Source: Candidatus Latescibacterota bacterium (GTDB lineage Bacteria > Latescibacterota > UBA2968 > UBA8231). Taken from it: 64,000 bases of DNA. The notes under the pieces were generated by a model, which saw only the letters and a program-made list of their open reading frames with translations, had not been told where the DNA came from and searched no databases. Where the stretch lies: contig CBDCDC010000002.1 in NCBI GenBank assembly GCA_965215195.1, positions 3,744,001 through 3,808,000 of the forward strand, given 5' to 3'. The position numbers and the translations under genes are program-made. This document shows, one piece after another, positions 39,629 through 48,727 of the stretch. How positions within the stretch are numbered: position 1 is the stretch's first letter; every line of letters begins with the position of its first letter.

Positions 39629-41980
39629 TTAGTAGGCCACGGCGATGGTGCGGAGCGCAGTGTCGTGGCCCGCATCCGCACCCAGATTGACGCGCAGGAC
39701 GTACAGGCCGGGTGCGGCGCTCGCTCCGTCGGCATCGCGGCCGTCCCAAGTGAAGAGGCGTTGCGAGCCCTCGGTGCTTGGGGTGAGGACCGCTACTTGG
39801 CGTCCGGCTAGATCGAAGACTTCCACCCGCGGCTCCGTGCCCTCCACTTTGAAGGCCACGAATCGCACCTCTAGCTGGTCGTTGATGCCGTCGCCGTTGG
39901 GAGTTACGGTCGCCGAGGCCAGTTGTAGGTCGCTGATGAGCTGGCCGCTGCTGGTCAGCTCGGGCAGCATGACGATGTTGGAGCGGCGCTCGGCCGCCTC
40001 GACTGACTGCCACAGGCCGGGTGATTCGCTCGATCCTAAGTCGAGGGCAAAGACGGTGGCATTTTGCAGCAGGCGGGTAGTGAAGCGCACTTGCAGGGAG
40101 TCGGCCGCGATCACCTGCGGCAACGCGATGAGCAGGGAGTCGGACTGCATGTCCAAGGCGGCCGGAACGACTTCTTCCGCGCCGACCATCACCGACACGC
40201 TCTGGAGGTCGACAGGTTCGGGGACGGTGAAGCGCAGGCGGTCAAAGCCGCTGTCGAGTTCGTCGGTTTCGGGCCAGAGAGTGTAGGTAAAGTGCGTGTC
40301 TTGGTTGGGGCTGGCCTCGCGGGGAGCGACGCTGCCGCGCGCGTTTTGGACTAAGGCGTTTTCGAACTCAACCGAGACCGAGTTGACGGTCGGGGCGACC
40401 GCCGGATCGTCGGTGGAGAGAATCATCTCCAGCAGCACGAAGCGGCGGGGGCTGTCCGACTTGAAGCTCTCACCGGAAAACTGGTACACGTTGCTCCAAG
40501 CGTCCCAGTCCTCGCCAACGACCAGCGAGGTGTCGATAGGGCCGCGCAGCACTTTGGGCGAGCTCTTCCATTTTTCCTCGGTGATTTCTTCGCCGAGCTT
40601 ATTGTGGAACGCATAGACCGGCGCCAGCGCGTTACCCGAACGCGAGCGCAGTTGCATCCGGGTGCCTAGAGGCAGGTCGGCGTCCCAGTGCAGGGCCTTG
40701 ATGACTTTGGGCCGCCCGTCGCCGGCTTCCTCGCCGAGGTTGATAAAAGCAGACTGCAACTCAACTTGGGCCGGATACCCCGGAGAGAACAGTTGCATTT
40801 CGCCCCACTTGGAAATGCCCCACCCCCGGCAGGTAACTCCGTGCCAGAGTAGGTAGCGGGCCTTGCGCGGCGCGAAGAGGTAGCGCATGTAAAGCAGGTT
40901 GTCGGCGTTGGGATCCAGATGAGTGAAGACCTCTTCGTAATCGACGTTTTCGGGCACTTCGACGAGCGGGGCGGTGCCCGTGGCCGGGGTGCCGTCGGAA
41001 AAGAGCAGGGTGTGGCCCGGCCCGGTGCCAGAGATGGTGAACCCCAGCGTGCCTTCGTCGGGCTGCATGGAGTAGATGAACATCTCGTCGATGAAGAACG
41101 TCGCGCCGAGATCTGCGCGGAACCACGTGCCGCCTTCGGCCCATTCCGACAGCGCGCCGCGACAGTCGGTGACGGTGTTGTTGGTGTTGAGGTTGGCGTC
41201 GAACAGGTTGAAGGTAGAGCCGGTGCCATCGCCTTCGACGAAATTGCCGCGCTGTCTGGTGCCAATGGCAATGTTGTCGCCAATGCCGATGACCTCAACC
41301 TCGGCGAGGGCGGCGTCTTGGTTTTGCTCTTCGGAAATGATTTGGATGTACTGGATCAACTGGTAGTGGTTGCGCTCTGCGGGCGTTAAGTCCAAGTCCG
41401 GGTCGATCACGAGTGCGCTGTCGCGGCCGGCGTAGCGCAGCGGGATCGCGATTGCGGCTTCGGCGTTGGGGCGCGTGGTGCGAAAGGCTTGGCGGTAGAG
41501 AAAGAGGTCTTCAGTGGCCGAGATGCGCACGCCCGAGGTGGTGAAGACGCGGAATTGGCGGAACGGACGCGCACCCTCTTGGTCGGGGAATTTCAGGCGA
41601 ATCTCGCGGGCTAGGGCTGCGCGGCCTAGGTCAATGGTGATGAACCAGTCCTCGCGGGCGTCGGCCGGGCTGGGTTGCCAATAGGTCGTCAGATCGCCGT
41701 CGATGGCCAGCGGGGCGTCGGCCGCGTTGGAACCGGCTTGCCAGAGGCCGCCGGCAACGGCATCGCCCCGGGCGCGCGTCTGGTGGACGAAGCGGTGCGC
41801 GTCCGCGACGAGGTTGATGTCCTTGCGGAATTTGACGAGCGTGAGCTGGCCCTGCTCTCCTACCTGAACCAAGCCGAAGGGCTGTTGCCATTGGGCCCAT
41901 TCCTCAGCGCTGTCGAAGGAGAGCACGTCAGCCGCTAGTGGGGCGGCTAACGCGAGACAGGCGATAATTGCACGGCGCAT
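39629..41980 (-). CDS. Secreted type-B protein with FlgD/CHU_C-like CTD
   Basis: Start MRRAIIACLALAAPLAAD with GGAGG; SFDSAEEW..W..PFGL; C-terminal VTPNGDGIND...WDGRD...IAVAY. Confidence 0.85.
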   Translation of the reverse strand: MRRAIIACLALAAPLAADVLSFDSAEEWAQWQQPFGLVQVGEQGQLTLVKFRKDINLVADAHRFVHQTRARGDAVAGGLWQAGSNAADAPLAIDGDLTTYWQPSPADAREDWFITIDLGRAALAREIRLKFPDQEGARPFRQFRVFTTSGVRISATEDLFLYRQAFRTTRPNAEAAIAIPLRYAGRDSALVIDPDLDLTPAERNHYQLIQYIQIISEEQNQDAALAEVEVIGIGDNIAIGTRQRGNFVEGDGTGSTFNLFDANLNTNNTVTDCRGALSEWAEGGTWFRADLGATFFIDEMFIYSMQPDEGTLGFTISGTGPGHTLLFSDGTPATGTAPLVEVPENVDYEEVFTHLDPNADNLLYMRYLFAPRKARYLLWHGVTCRGWGISKWGEMQLFSPGYPAQVELQSAFINLGEEAGDGRPKVIKALHWDADLPLGTRMQLRSRSGNALAPVYAFHNKLGEEITEEKWKSSPKVLRGPIDTSLVVGEDWDAWSNVYQFSGESFKSDSPRRFVLLEMILSTDDPAVAPTVNSVSVEFENALVQNARGSVAPREASPNQDTHFTYTLWPETDELDSGFDRLRFTVPEPVDLQSVSVMVGAEEVVPAALDMQSDSLLIALPQVIAADSLQVRFTTRLLQNATVFALDLGSSESPGLWQSVEAAERRSNIVMLPELTSSGQLISDLQLASATVTPNGDGINDQLEVRFVAFKVEGTEPRVEVFDLAGRQVAVLTPSTEGSQRLFTWDGRDADGASAAPGLYVLRVNLGADAGHDTALRTIAVAY

Positions 41981-41990
41981 CAAACCCTCC

Positions 41991-44024
41991 TTAGTAGGCG
42001 ATGCCCAATGGGCGGAGTTGGGGATCGGCGGCAAATTCCGAGCGCAGGTCTAGGGCCGCTAGGTAGAGCCCGGGCGGCAGCCGCCGGCCCGTTTCGTCGC
42101 GGCCATCCCAGCGCAGGCTCTGCGGACCCGCGTTTTGCAAGCCGGCCTCGACGAGCCCCACGCGCCGGCCATCGAGCCTATAGACTGCGAGGACGACGGG
42201 CACGGCTTCGGGCAAGCGGAACAGGGAATAGGCGACGCGCAGCTCGTCGTTGATGCCGTCGCCGTTGGGCGTAAAGACCGCAGAGGAAAAGGTCAGGTTC
42301 TGGATGAAAGCGGTTTCTTGCTCGGTGGTGGCGAGGACGCGCAGGCTATTAGTCGAAAGGGCTTCGCCGACGTCGGCACCGACTACGGGTTGCGGCAGAA
42401 CGTCGCGTTCGCTGTCTAGGACCTCGCTCTGAAAAGTGGTAGCGAATTCAAATATCTCCGTGCCAAAGACGATGCGGATGGGCGGATTGTTGGCGCGGGT
42501 GATGCGCTCGGGCAGGCGGATGAGCAAGCCCTCGGTCTCTTGGGTAATTTCGGCCGGCACAGCTTCCGTGCGGCTCTCGCCCAGTTGCAGGCTTTTGAGT
42601 TCGGTTTGGTGCCCGGTGCGAATGCGCAACAGGTCGAAGCCGGGCGCGTCAACGGCCTCGAAGTCGGCTTGGAGATCATAGACGAATTCTATGGCTTCGC
42701 CCAAGGGGACTTGGGCAATCCCGCCGACCGGCTGCGGGTCGTCTAGGGGGGCCACTTCGCCGCGCACGTTGGCGGCCAGCAGCGGAGCGGTTTCGAGCCA
42801 CAACGAGTCGAGGCGCGCGAAGTCGTCGAAGGAATCGCTCTCCATGGCGATGCGGAGCTGCAAATAGGTGCCGTTGCGCAGGTTGATCGGTTGGCCCGAC
42901 TCGACGAAGGGCGCAGACCAGAAGGTCCAATGGTCTGAATCGTAGCCGATGGACGCGCGGACGCCCGGCTTGGGCTGGCGTTCGGTCAGGTCGTCCGCGG
43001 CCGTGACGCGCACAAAGCGAGTACGCAGTGCGTTTTCGTAGTGGTCGCGCGCGACTACGCGCTCCAGCCCGGTGTCCATGTACTCGTGATAGACGGCCGG
43101 GTCCTCGTCTAGGCCCGTGCGGATTTCGATCTTGATTTGGGCCGCCGCGTCCGGGGCCTCCACTGGGGTTCCATCGACCATGCGGAATTTTGTCTCCTGC
43201 CAGAACAGCCGCCCGAAATTCACGGGTTCGCCGAGGTCCGTTATCTTGGTCTTGTACATGGCCCGCTGCGGTACGCCTTGGGCCAAGAGCTGAAACTCGC
43301 TGATCGAACCGATGAGGGCGATGGCGACGTTGCCGCTCTTGGCTTGGGCTTCCTCGTCTAGTAGCGAGAGGGTCCGGCGGTAGCGGAAGAAGCGCAGGTA
43401 CTGACGGGCGAAGTCGATGCGCACTTGGGGTTCGAAATTGGAGTTGACGTCGGCGATGACCGTGGAGAGCGGGTTGACATTGCCTTCGAGCACCGGGGAT
43501 TCGGGCGCGACCGAGGCGGTCACCTGAAAGGCGGGAACAAAGTCCGTTTCGAGTGGGGTGCCGTCGGAGCGAAAGCCCTCGCTGGGCGGGATAAAGCCGA
43601 AGGCCACGGCCGGCACCGACACGGCCAAATCCATGGTAAAGGTCTCTTTCTCGATGCGGTCGGCTTTGGGTGGGTTGTAGGTGATAGGGTCGCCATCGAT
43701 GAGCCAAGAGCCGTTTTCCGAAGGATCGGGCACGCCGTGGTTCCACTTCCACATTCGCGGCGTTTCGCCGTCTAGGTAGTCGAAGACGCGGTCGCTGGGG
43801 TCGCGCCAGAAGGCCCAATTGTCGATGTGGGAAAAAACCGTCTCATCTAGCGTGAAGTACGTGGGCTGGATGGCGCCGGGGGTGGCTGCGAAATCGACGA
43901 AGAGGCGAGTCGTGTCGTTTCCGCTCCAAGCTAGGCCGCTGCCGCCTAGTTGCCAGTGGGAAATCTGGGCGGTGGCACTTTGCGCTAAAATTAGGGTGAA
44001 CAGGACGATGGTGGCGCGGCGCAT
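41991..44024 (-). CDS. Secreted type-A protein with FlgD/CHU_C-like CTD
   Basis: Signal then QISHWQLGGSG; FTPNGDGIND...WDGRDETG...LGIAY. Confidence 0.85.
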   Translation of the reverse strand: MRRATIVLFTLILAQSATAQISHWQLGGSGLAWSGNDTTRLFVDFAATPGAIQPTYFTLDETVFSHIDNWAFWRDPSDRVFDYLDGETPRMWKWNHGVPDPSENGSWLIDGDPITYNPPKADRIEKETFTMDLAVSVPAVAFGFIPPSEGFRSDGTPLETDFVPAFQVTASVAPESPVLEGNVNPLSTVIADVNSNFEPQVRIDFARQYLRFFRYRRTLSLLDEEAQAKSGNVAIALIGSISEFQLLAQGVPQRAMYKTKITDLGEPVNFGRLFWQETKFRMVDGTPVEAPDAAAQIKIEIRTGLDEDPAVYHEYMDTGLERVVARDHYENALRTRFVRVTAADDLTERQPKPGVRASIGYDSDHWTFWSAPFVESGQPINLRNGTYLQLRIAMESDSFDDFARLDSLWLETAPLLAANVRGEVAPLDDPQPVGGIAQVPLGEAIEFVYDLQADFEAVDAPGFDLLRIRTGHQTELKSLQLGESRTEAVPAEITQETEGLLIRLPERITRANNPPIRIVFGTEIFEFATTFQSEVLDSERDVLPQPVVGADVGEALSTNSLRVLATTEQETAFIQNLTFSSAVFTPNGDGINDELRVAYSLFRLPEAVPVVLAVYRLDGRRVGLVEAGLQNAGPQSLRWDGRDETGRRLPPGLYLAALDLRSEFAADPQLRPLGIAY

Positions 44025-44109
44025 GACGGCTCTCCTTTGGCAGGGCGCAAATCAGAGACATGCGCCAACAATATAATGTTTGATAAGCAATTATCCTATC
44101 TGCGGAGTA

Positions 44110-46452
44110 TCAGTACGCCACGGCAATGGCGTGCAGTGCTGTATCGTCGCCGGCGTCAGCGTCTAGGTCAATGCGACAGAGGTAGGTGCCGGGCGGCACG
44201 AGGTCGCCTTGGGTAGCGCGTCCGTTCCAGGTGAAGACGTAGGCCACGCCGTCGATGGTCGGGGCCGCGAGTTCGGCGATGAGCTGGCCGGCGAGGTCGA
44301 AAATGCGCCCTTGGGGCGTGCGTTGGCTGACCTTGAAGGCGACAAAGCGGATGACCGCTTCGTCGTGGACGCCGTCGCCGTTGGGGGTGAACACCCGCGA
44401 GGAGATCGAGAGGTCGTCGATGAGCTGGGTCGTGCCGGTCAGGGCGGGGAGCATGACGATATTGGCGCGGCGCGTCAGCGGCTCAACCGATTGCCACAGA
44501 CCCGGATGCGCACTGGAGCCTAAGTCCAACGCAAAGAGCGTGGCGTTGTGTACTAAGCGGGTGGCAAAGTGGACGCGGACCGAATCGTCTCGGACCGGAT
44601 CGGGTAAGGCGATGAGCAGGGAATCTCCGCGCAGGGAGGCCGCCGCTGGCGAGACGGTTTCGCTGCCCTTCTCTACGCTCACGCTGTGCAAATTGATCGG
44701 ACCTCGTAGATCGAAACGCATTAGGTCGAAGCCGATGTCAGCGGGGCCGGCACTGGGCAACAGGGTATAGGTGAAGGCCGTCTCCTCGTTGGGTGGGGCA
44801 CTGCGCGGCTCAACGCGCCCGCGGGCACTCTGGAGCAGGGCGTCGTCGAATTCGATTGACAGCGAATTGACTGTGGGCGCGACCTCGGGGTGGTCGGTGG
44901 CGAGGATCATCTCCAGTTGCACGAAGCGACGCGGGCTTTGCGATTTGAATGCCTCGCCGGAAAAGGTGTACGCCTCGCTCCACGCATCCCAATCCTCGCT
45001 GACCGCGACGGTGGTGTCGATTTTCCCCCGCAGCACTTTGGGCAGGCTGAGCCACTTCTCCTCGGCGATTGGCTCGCCGATCTTGTCGTGGAAGGCATAG
45101 ACTTCGCGCTGGGTGTTGCCCGAGCGCGAGCGCACTTGCAGACGAGTGCCGGGCGGGATGTCGGCGTCCCAAGAGAGACTGCTGATGACTTTGGGACGGC
45201 CGTCGCCGGTAGCCATGCCAAGATCGATAAAGTCCGAGCGCATGACGACCTCGGCGGGATGGCCCGGCGAAAAGAGCATCAGTTCGGTCCAGCGCGAGCC
45301 CCAGTCTTGGGGGGTATGGGCGTGCCAGAACAGGTAGCGGACCTTGCGCGGTTGGAACAGATAGCGCAGATAGCGAATGGGGTCGGGGTCGGGTTGGTCG
45401 ATGAAGGGGCTGAAGTCGAAGGATTCGGGGATGGGGAGTCGGGAGTTGATGACGCGGGTTCCGTCTGAGTGGAGGAAGGTAAAGCCTCTGGGAGCACCAG
45501 CCACGGAACCGACTGTGCCTTCGCGCGGCCGGAGTGCATACAGGAAAAGCTCGTCGAGCCAGAATACGGCCCCTAGGTCGATGAAAAACCAAGTGCCCTG
45601 CTCCTCCCAGGTGCGGACGCGGCCTTCGAAGCCCACAGGCAGGATGGAGCTGGCCGTGTTCATGTCGCCGTCGAGGATGTTCGCGGTGGAGCGGGCAGTA
45701 AGTCCGTCGAGGATGCCGCCGCGCTGGTCATTGCCCAAGCTGACGTTGTCGCCGACAGCGATGACTTCGACTTCGGCTAGTGCGCCTTCAGGATCGAAGT
45801 CTTCAACGGTGAAGTTGATGTACTGGATGAGGCGGTACTGGTTGAATTCTTCCAGATCGACAGCGCGGCTGGGGTCGAGGACTTGGGCGCTGTCTTGGAG
45901 GTCGAAGGCGAGGGGGACCGAGACGGTGGTGTCTCGGTTGGGTTGAGTCGTGAGATAGACCGGGCGAAAAATAAAGAGGTCGTCGAGGGCATCGGAAGTG
46001 ATGCCCGTGGCGGTGAAGACGGTGAACTGGCGGAAGGGGCGGGCCCCTTCTTGGTCGGGGAAGTGCAGGCGGATCTCTTTGGCCAGCACGGCGCGGCCGA
46101 GGTCGATTTGCACGAACCAGTCGCCGAGGGCGTCGTCGGTAGAGGCTTGCCAGAAGGTCTCGCGGTTGCCGTCCATGATCCGCCTAGCCGCGGCTGGGTT
46201 GCTGCCGGCTTCCCAGATCCCGCCCGTCGCGTTGGCGCCGCGCGAGCGGGTGAGGTGGGTAAAGTCGGGCGCGTTGGCTACGGCGTTGATGTCCTTGCGG
46301 AACTCGACCAGTCGCAACTGGCCGCGGTCGCCAAACTCGATCAGGCCATAGGGCATTTTCCAGGTCGCCCAGCTAGCTGGGCTATCGAAGCGGAATTCTG
46401 CGGCGGCCAGCGCGGTCGCCGAACAAAGGCCCCAGAGCAACAGCGGACGCAT
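44110..46452 (-). CDS. Secreted type-B protein with FlgD/CHU_C-like CTD
   Basis: Colinear paralog of 39629-41980 (FRKDIN, IDLGRA.LA.EIRL.FPDQEGARPFRQF); ends IAVAY. Confidence 0.85.
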   Translation of the reverse strand: MRPLLLWGLCSATALAAAEFRFDSPASWATWKMPYGLIEFGDRGQLRLVEFRKDINAVANAPDFTHLTRSRGANATGGIWEAGSNPAAARRIMDGNRETFWQASTDDALGDWFVQIDLGRAVLAKEIRLHFPDQEGARPFRQFTVFTATGITSDALDDLFIFRPVYLTTQPNRDTTVSVPLAFDLQDSAQVLDPSRAVDLEEFNQYRLIQYINFTVEDFDPEGALAEVEVIAVGDNVSLGNDQRGGILDGLTARSTANILDGDMNTASSILPVGFEGRVRTWEEQGTWFFIDLGAVFWLDELFLYALRPREGTVGSVAGAPRGFTFLHSDGTRVINSRLPIPESFDFSPFIDQPDPDPIRYLRYLFQPRKVRYLFWHAHTPQDWGSRWTELMLFSPGHPAEVVMRSDFIDLGMATGDGRPKVISSLSWDADIPPGTRLQVRSRSGNTQREVYAFHDKIGEPIAEEKWLSLPKVLRGKIDTTVAVSEDWDAWSEAYTFSGEAFKSQSPRRFVQLEMILATDHPEVAPTVNSLSIEFDDALLQSARGRVEPRSAPPNEETAFTYTLLPSAGPADIGFDLMRFDLRGPINLHSVSVEKGSETVSPAAASLRGDSLLIALPDPVRDDSVRVHFATRLVHNATLFALDLGSSAHPGLWQSVEPLTRRANIVMLPALTGTTQLIDDLSISSRVFTPNGDGVHDEAVIRFVAFKVSQRTPQGRIFDLAGQLIAELAAPTIDGVAYVFTWNGRATQGDLVPPGTYLCRIDLDADAGDDTALHAIAVAY

Positions 46453-46458
46453 TGGCCG

Positions 46459-48465
46459 TTAATAGGCAAGGCCCACGGCCAATAGCTGTTTGGCCTGGAC
46501 GAATTGGGTTTGCAGGGCGATGGAGAGCAGGTAGAGGCCCGGCCGAAGGAGTTGGCCTGTCTCGTCGCGGCCGTTATAGGTGATCGCCTGCGGGCCGGAG
46601 TCTTGCAGCCCCTTGTCGAGGCGGGCAATGAGGCGGCCGTCCAAGGTGTACACTTCTAGGGCCACGGGCACGGCACCGGGAAGGCGGAAGAGCGAATAAC
46701 GCATCTGGAGTTGGTCGTGGACGCCGTCGCCATTGGGGGTCAACACTGGGGTGGACAAAGCGAGCGATTGGATGAAATCGGGCGTCTCGTCGTCCGCGCC
46801 CAACACCCGCAGGCTGTTGGTGGAGACCGCTTCGCCGGCGTCGCCAGCGAGGATCGGCTGGGGGAGCGATTCGCTGTCTGCGGCAAATATCTCGCCGGCA
46901 AAGGTGGAAGCGAATTCAAAAACTGCGGTGGCGAAGGTCACGCGGATCGGTGCGTTGTTGGCACCGGTGACGCGCTGGGGCAATTGGATCACCAAACCGT
47001 CGTCTTCCGCTACTGCGACGGGATTGACGGGAGCGAGCGGGGTGCCCATTTCGAGGCCGCGAAAGGCGGTGCGGTTGCCGGTGTGGATTCTAAGTGCATT
47101 GAAGCCAGGAGCGGTGTCGTCGAAGTCGGCCCGCACCTGATAGATGAATTCGGTCTCCTCGCCCAAGGCCACTTCGGTAAAGCCGCGCTTGGGCTGCGGG
47201 TCGTCGCGCCGCGCCACTTCGGCGAAGACTTCGGCGGCCAATAGGGACGCGGTCTCAATCCACAGCGAGTCGATCCGCATCCAAGCGTCGAAGTCGCGAC
47301 TTTCTAAGGAGAGTTCTACCTGTAGATGCGATCCACTCCTGAGCCGGATGAGCTGGCCCGATTCGGTAAAAGGCACCGACCAAAAGGACCAATTGGCGGA
47401 ATCGTAGCCAATGGAGGCGCGGATCCCGGGTCGCGGGTCGCGGTTGAGCTGAGCGGTAAGCGCCTCGTAGTGCTCGCGCGCGACCTCCTTCTCGCGGCCG
47501 ATGTTCGTGTATTCGTGGTAGGTCGCCGGGCTGTCGTCGCGTCCAACGCGGACCTTGGCTTGGAGCCATACGGGGGCGTCGGGATCTGCCACGGCCGCGC
47601 CATCGACTAAGCGCAGCCGAGTCCCTGCCCAGTGCAGGCGGCCGAAATTCACAACTTGGCCTAGATCGACGACTTGGCTGAGGTACACGACGCGCTGAGG
47701 TATGCCTTGGCCGAAAATTTCGAATCCCCCGATTGAGCCTTTGAGCGCGATGGCTTGGTTGCCTTGGCCGCCGCAGTCGGCGCAGATGTTGAGGGCTTCC
47801 TCATCGGCCAGCGACGTTTGCCGGCGCCAGCGAAAGAAGCGCACGTATTGGCGCGGGAAGTCAATGCGGACGACGGGGTCGAAGTTGGCACCCACGTTGG
47901 CGATGACCTGCTCGAACAGGTCGCTGCCGCCCCAGTTGACCGCGGGTTCTGAGTCTGAGCCGATGGAGACGTCAAAGGCCGGGGTGGTGTCGAACGGCAG
48001 CGGCGTGCCGTCGGAGCGAAAGCCCTGCGAGGGCGTAAAGAAGCCGAAACCGACACCGGGGATCGGCACGGCCGTATCAATCGAAAAGAAGGTACTGGCT
48101 ACCGATTGGCTTCTGGGGGCGTTGTAGGTTGTGGAATCGCGATCGACTAAGAAGACACCGCTCTGGGTCGGGTCGCCGCCGACGCCATTCGAGCGGTTCC
48201 AAAAGCGCGGCTTCTGGCCATCGACGTAGCCGAGATTGTGCAGGGAGGGTTCGCGCCAGAATTGCCAGTTGTCGAGCAGGTGAATGACGTTTTGGTGCGG
48301 CTGCAAGTAGAGCGGCTGGATCGCACCATCGGCAAAATCGACGAGGACGTGGAGGGAGTCGCGCTGGTCCCACGCCGCCCGACTGCCGCCCAGTTGCCAC
48401 TTTGCTACTTGAGCGTGGCTGGGCACAACGGCGAGGACTAGGATCAAAGACCAAGCACTGTGCAT
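46459..48465 (-). CDS. Secreted type-A protein with FlgD/CHU_C-like CTD
   Basis: Start MHSAWSLILVLAVVPSHA|QVAKWQLGG; colinear paralog of 41991-44024; ends VGLAY. Confidence 0.85.
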   Translation of the reverse strand: MHSAWSLILVLAVVPSHAQVAKWQLGGSRAAWDQRDSLHVLVDFADGAIQPLYLQPHQNVIHLLDNWQFWREPSLHNLGYVDGQKPRFWNRSNGVGGDPTQSGVFLVDRDSTTYNAPRSQSVASTFFSIDTAVPIPGVGFGFFTPSQGFRSDGTPLPFDTTPAFDVSIGSDSEPAVNWGGSDLFEQVIANVGANFDPVVRIDFPRQYVRFFRWRRQTSLADEEALNICADCGGQGNQAIALKGSIGGFEIFGQGIPQRVVYLSQVVDLGQVVNFGRLHWAGTRLRLVDGAAVADPDAPVWLQAKVRVGRDDSPATYHEYTNIGREKEVAREHYEALTAQLNRDPRPGIRASIGYDSANWSFWSVPFTESGQLIRLRSGSHLQVELSLESRDFDAWMRIDSLWIETASLLAAEVFAEVARRDDPQPKRGFTEVALGEETEFIYQVRADFDDTAPGFNALRIHTGNRTAFRGLEMGTPLAPVNPVAVAEDDGLVIQLPQRVTGANNAPIRVTFATAVFEFASTFAGEIFAADSESLPQPILAGDAGEAVSTNSLRVLGADDETPDFIQSLALSTPVLTPNGDGVHDQLQMRYSLFRLPGAVPVALEVYTLDGRLIARLDKGLQDSGPQAITYNGRDETGQLLRPGLYLLSIALQTQFVQAKQLLAVGLAY

Positions 48466-48656
48466 AGGACACTGTACCTCCGCCCGGGAAGATAACGCAA
48501 AACCCCGGGGACGGAATCGAAGTCGATGAAGATGCGGACCGAATCGCTCGCCGACCATGCAAGGCCGCCGCTGCCGCCGAGCTGCCAAGTGCTTATTTGC
48601 GCCGACAGAACACCGGGCAGCAGCAGCGGGAAGAGAATGGCAAAGATGCGGCGCAT
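48444..48656 (-). pseudogene. Truncated type-A paralog (signal peptide plus about 30 aa)
   Basis: MRRIFAILFPLLLPGVLSA|QISTWQLGGSGGLAWSASDSVRIFIDFDSVPG matches type-A N-termini, then homology is lost. Confidence 0.75.
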
Positions 48657-48727
48657 GGGCAGGACTCTGGGGAGACAGACATCTACAGAAGCTAAATACG
48701 CAAGATCGGTCGTCTGGTCAAGCGGCC

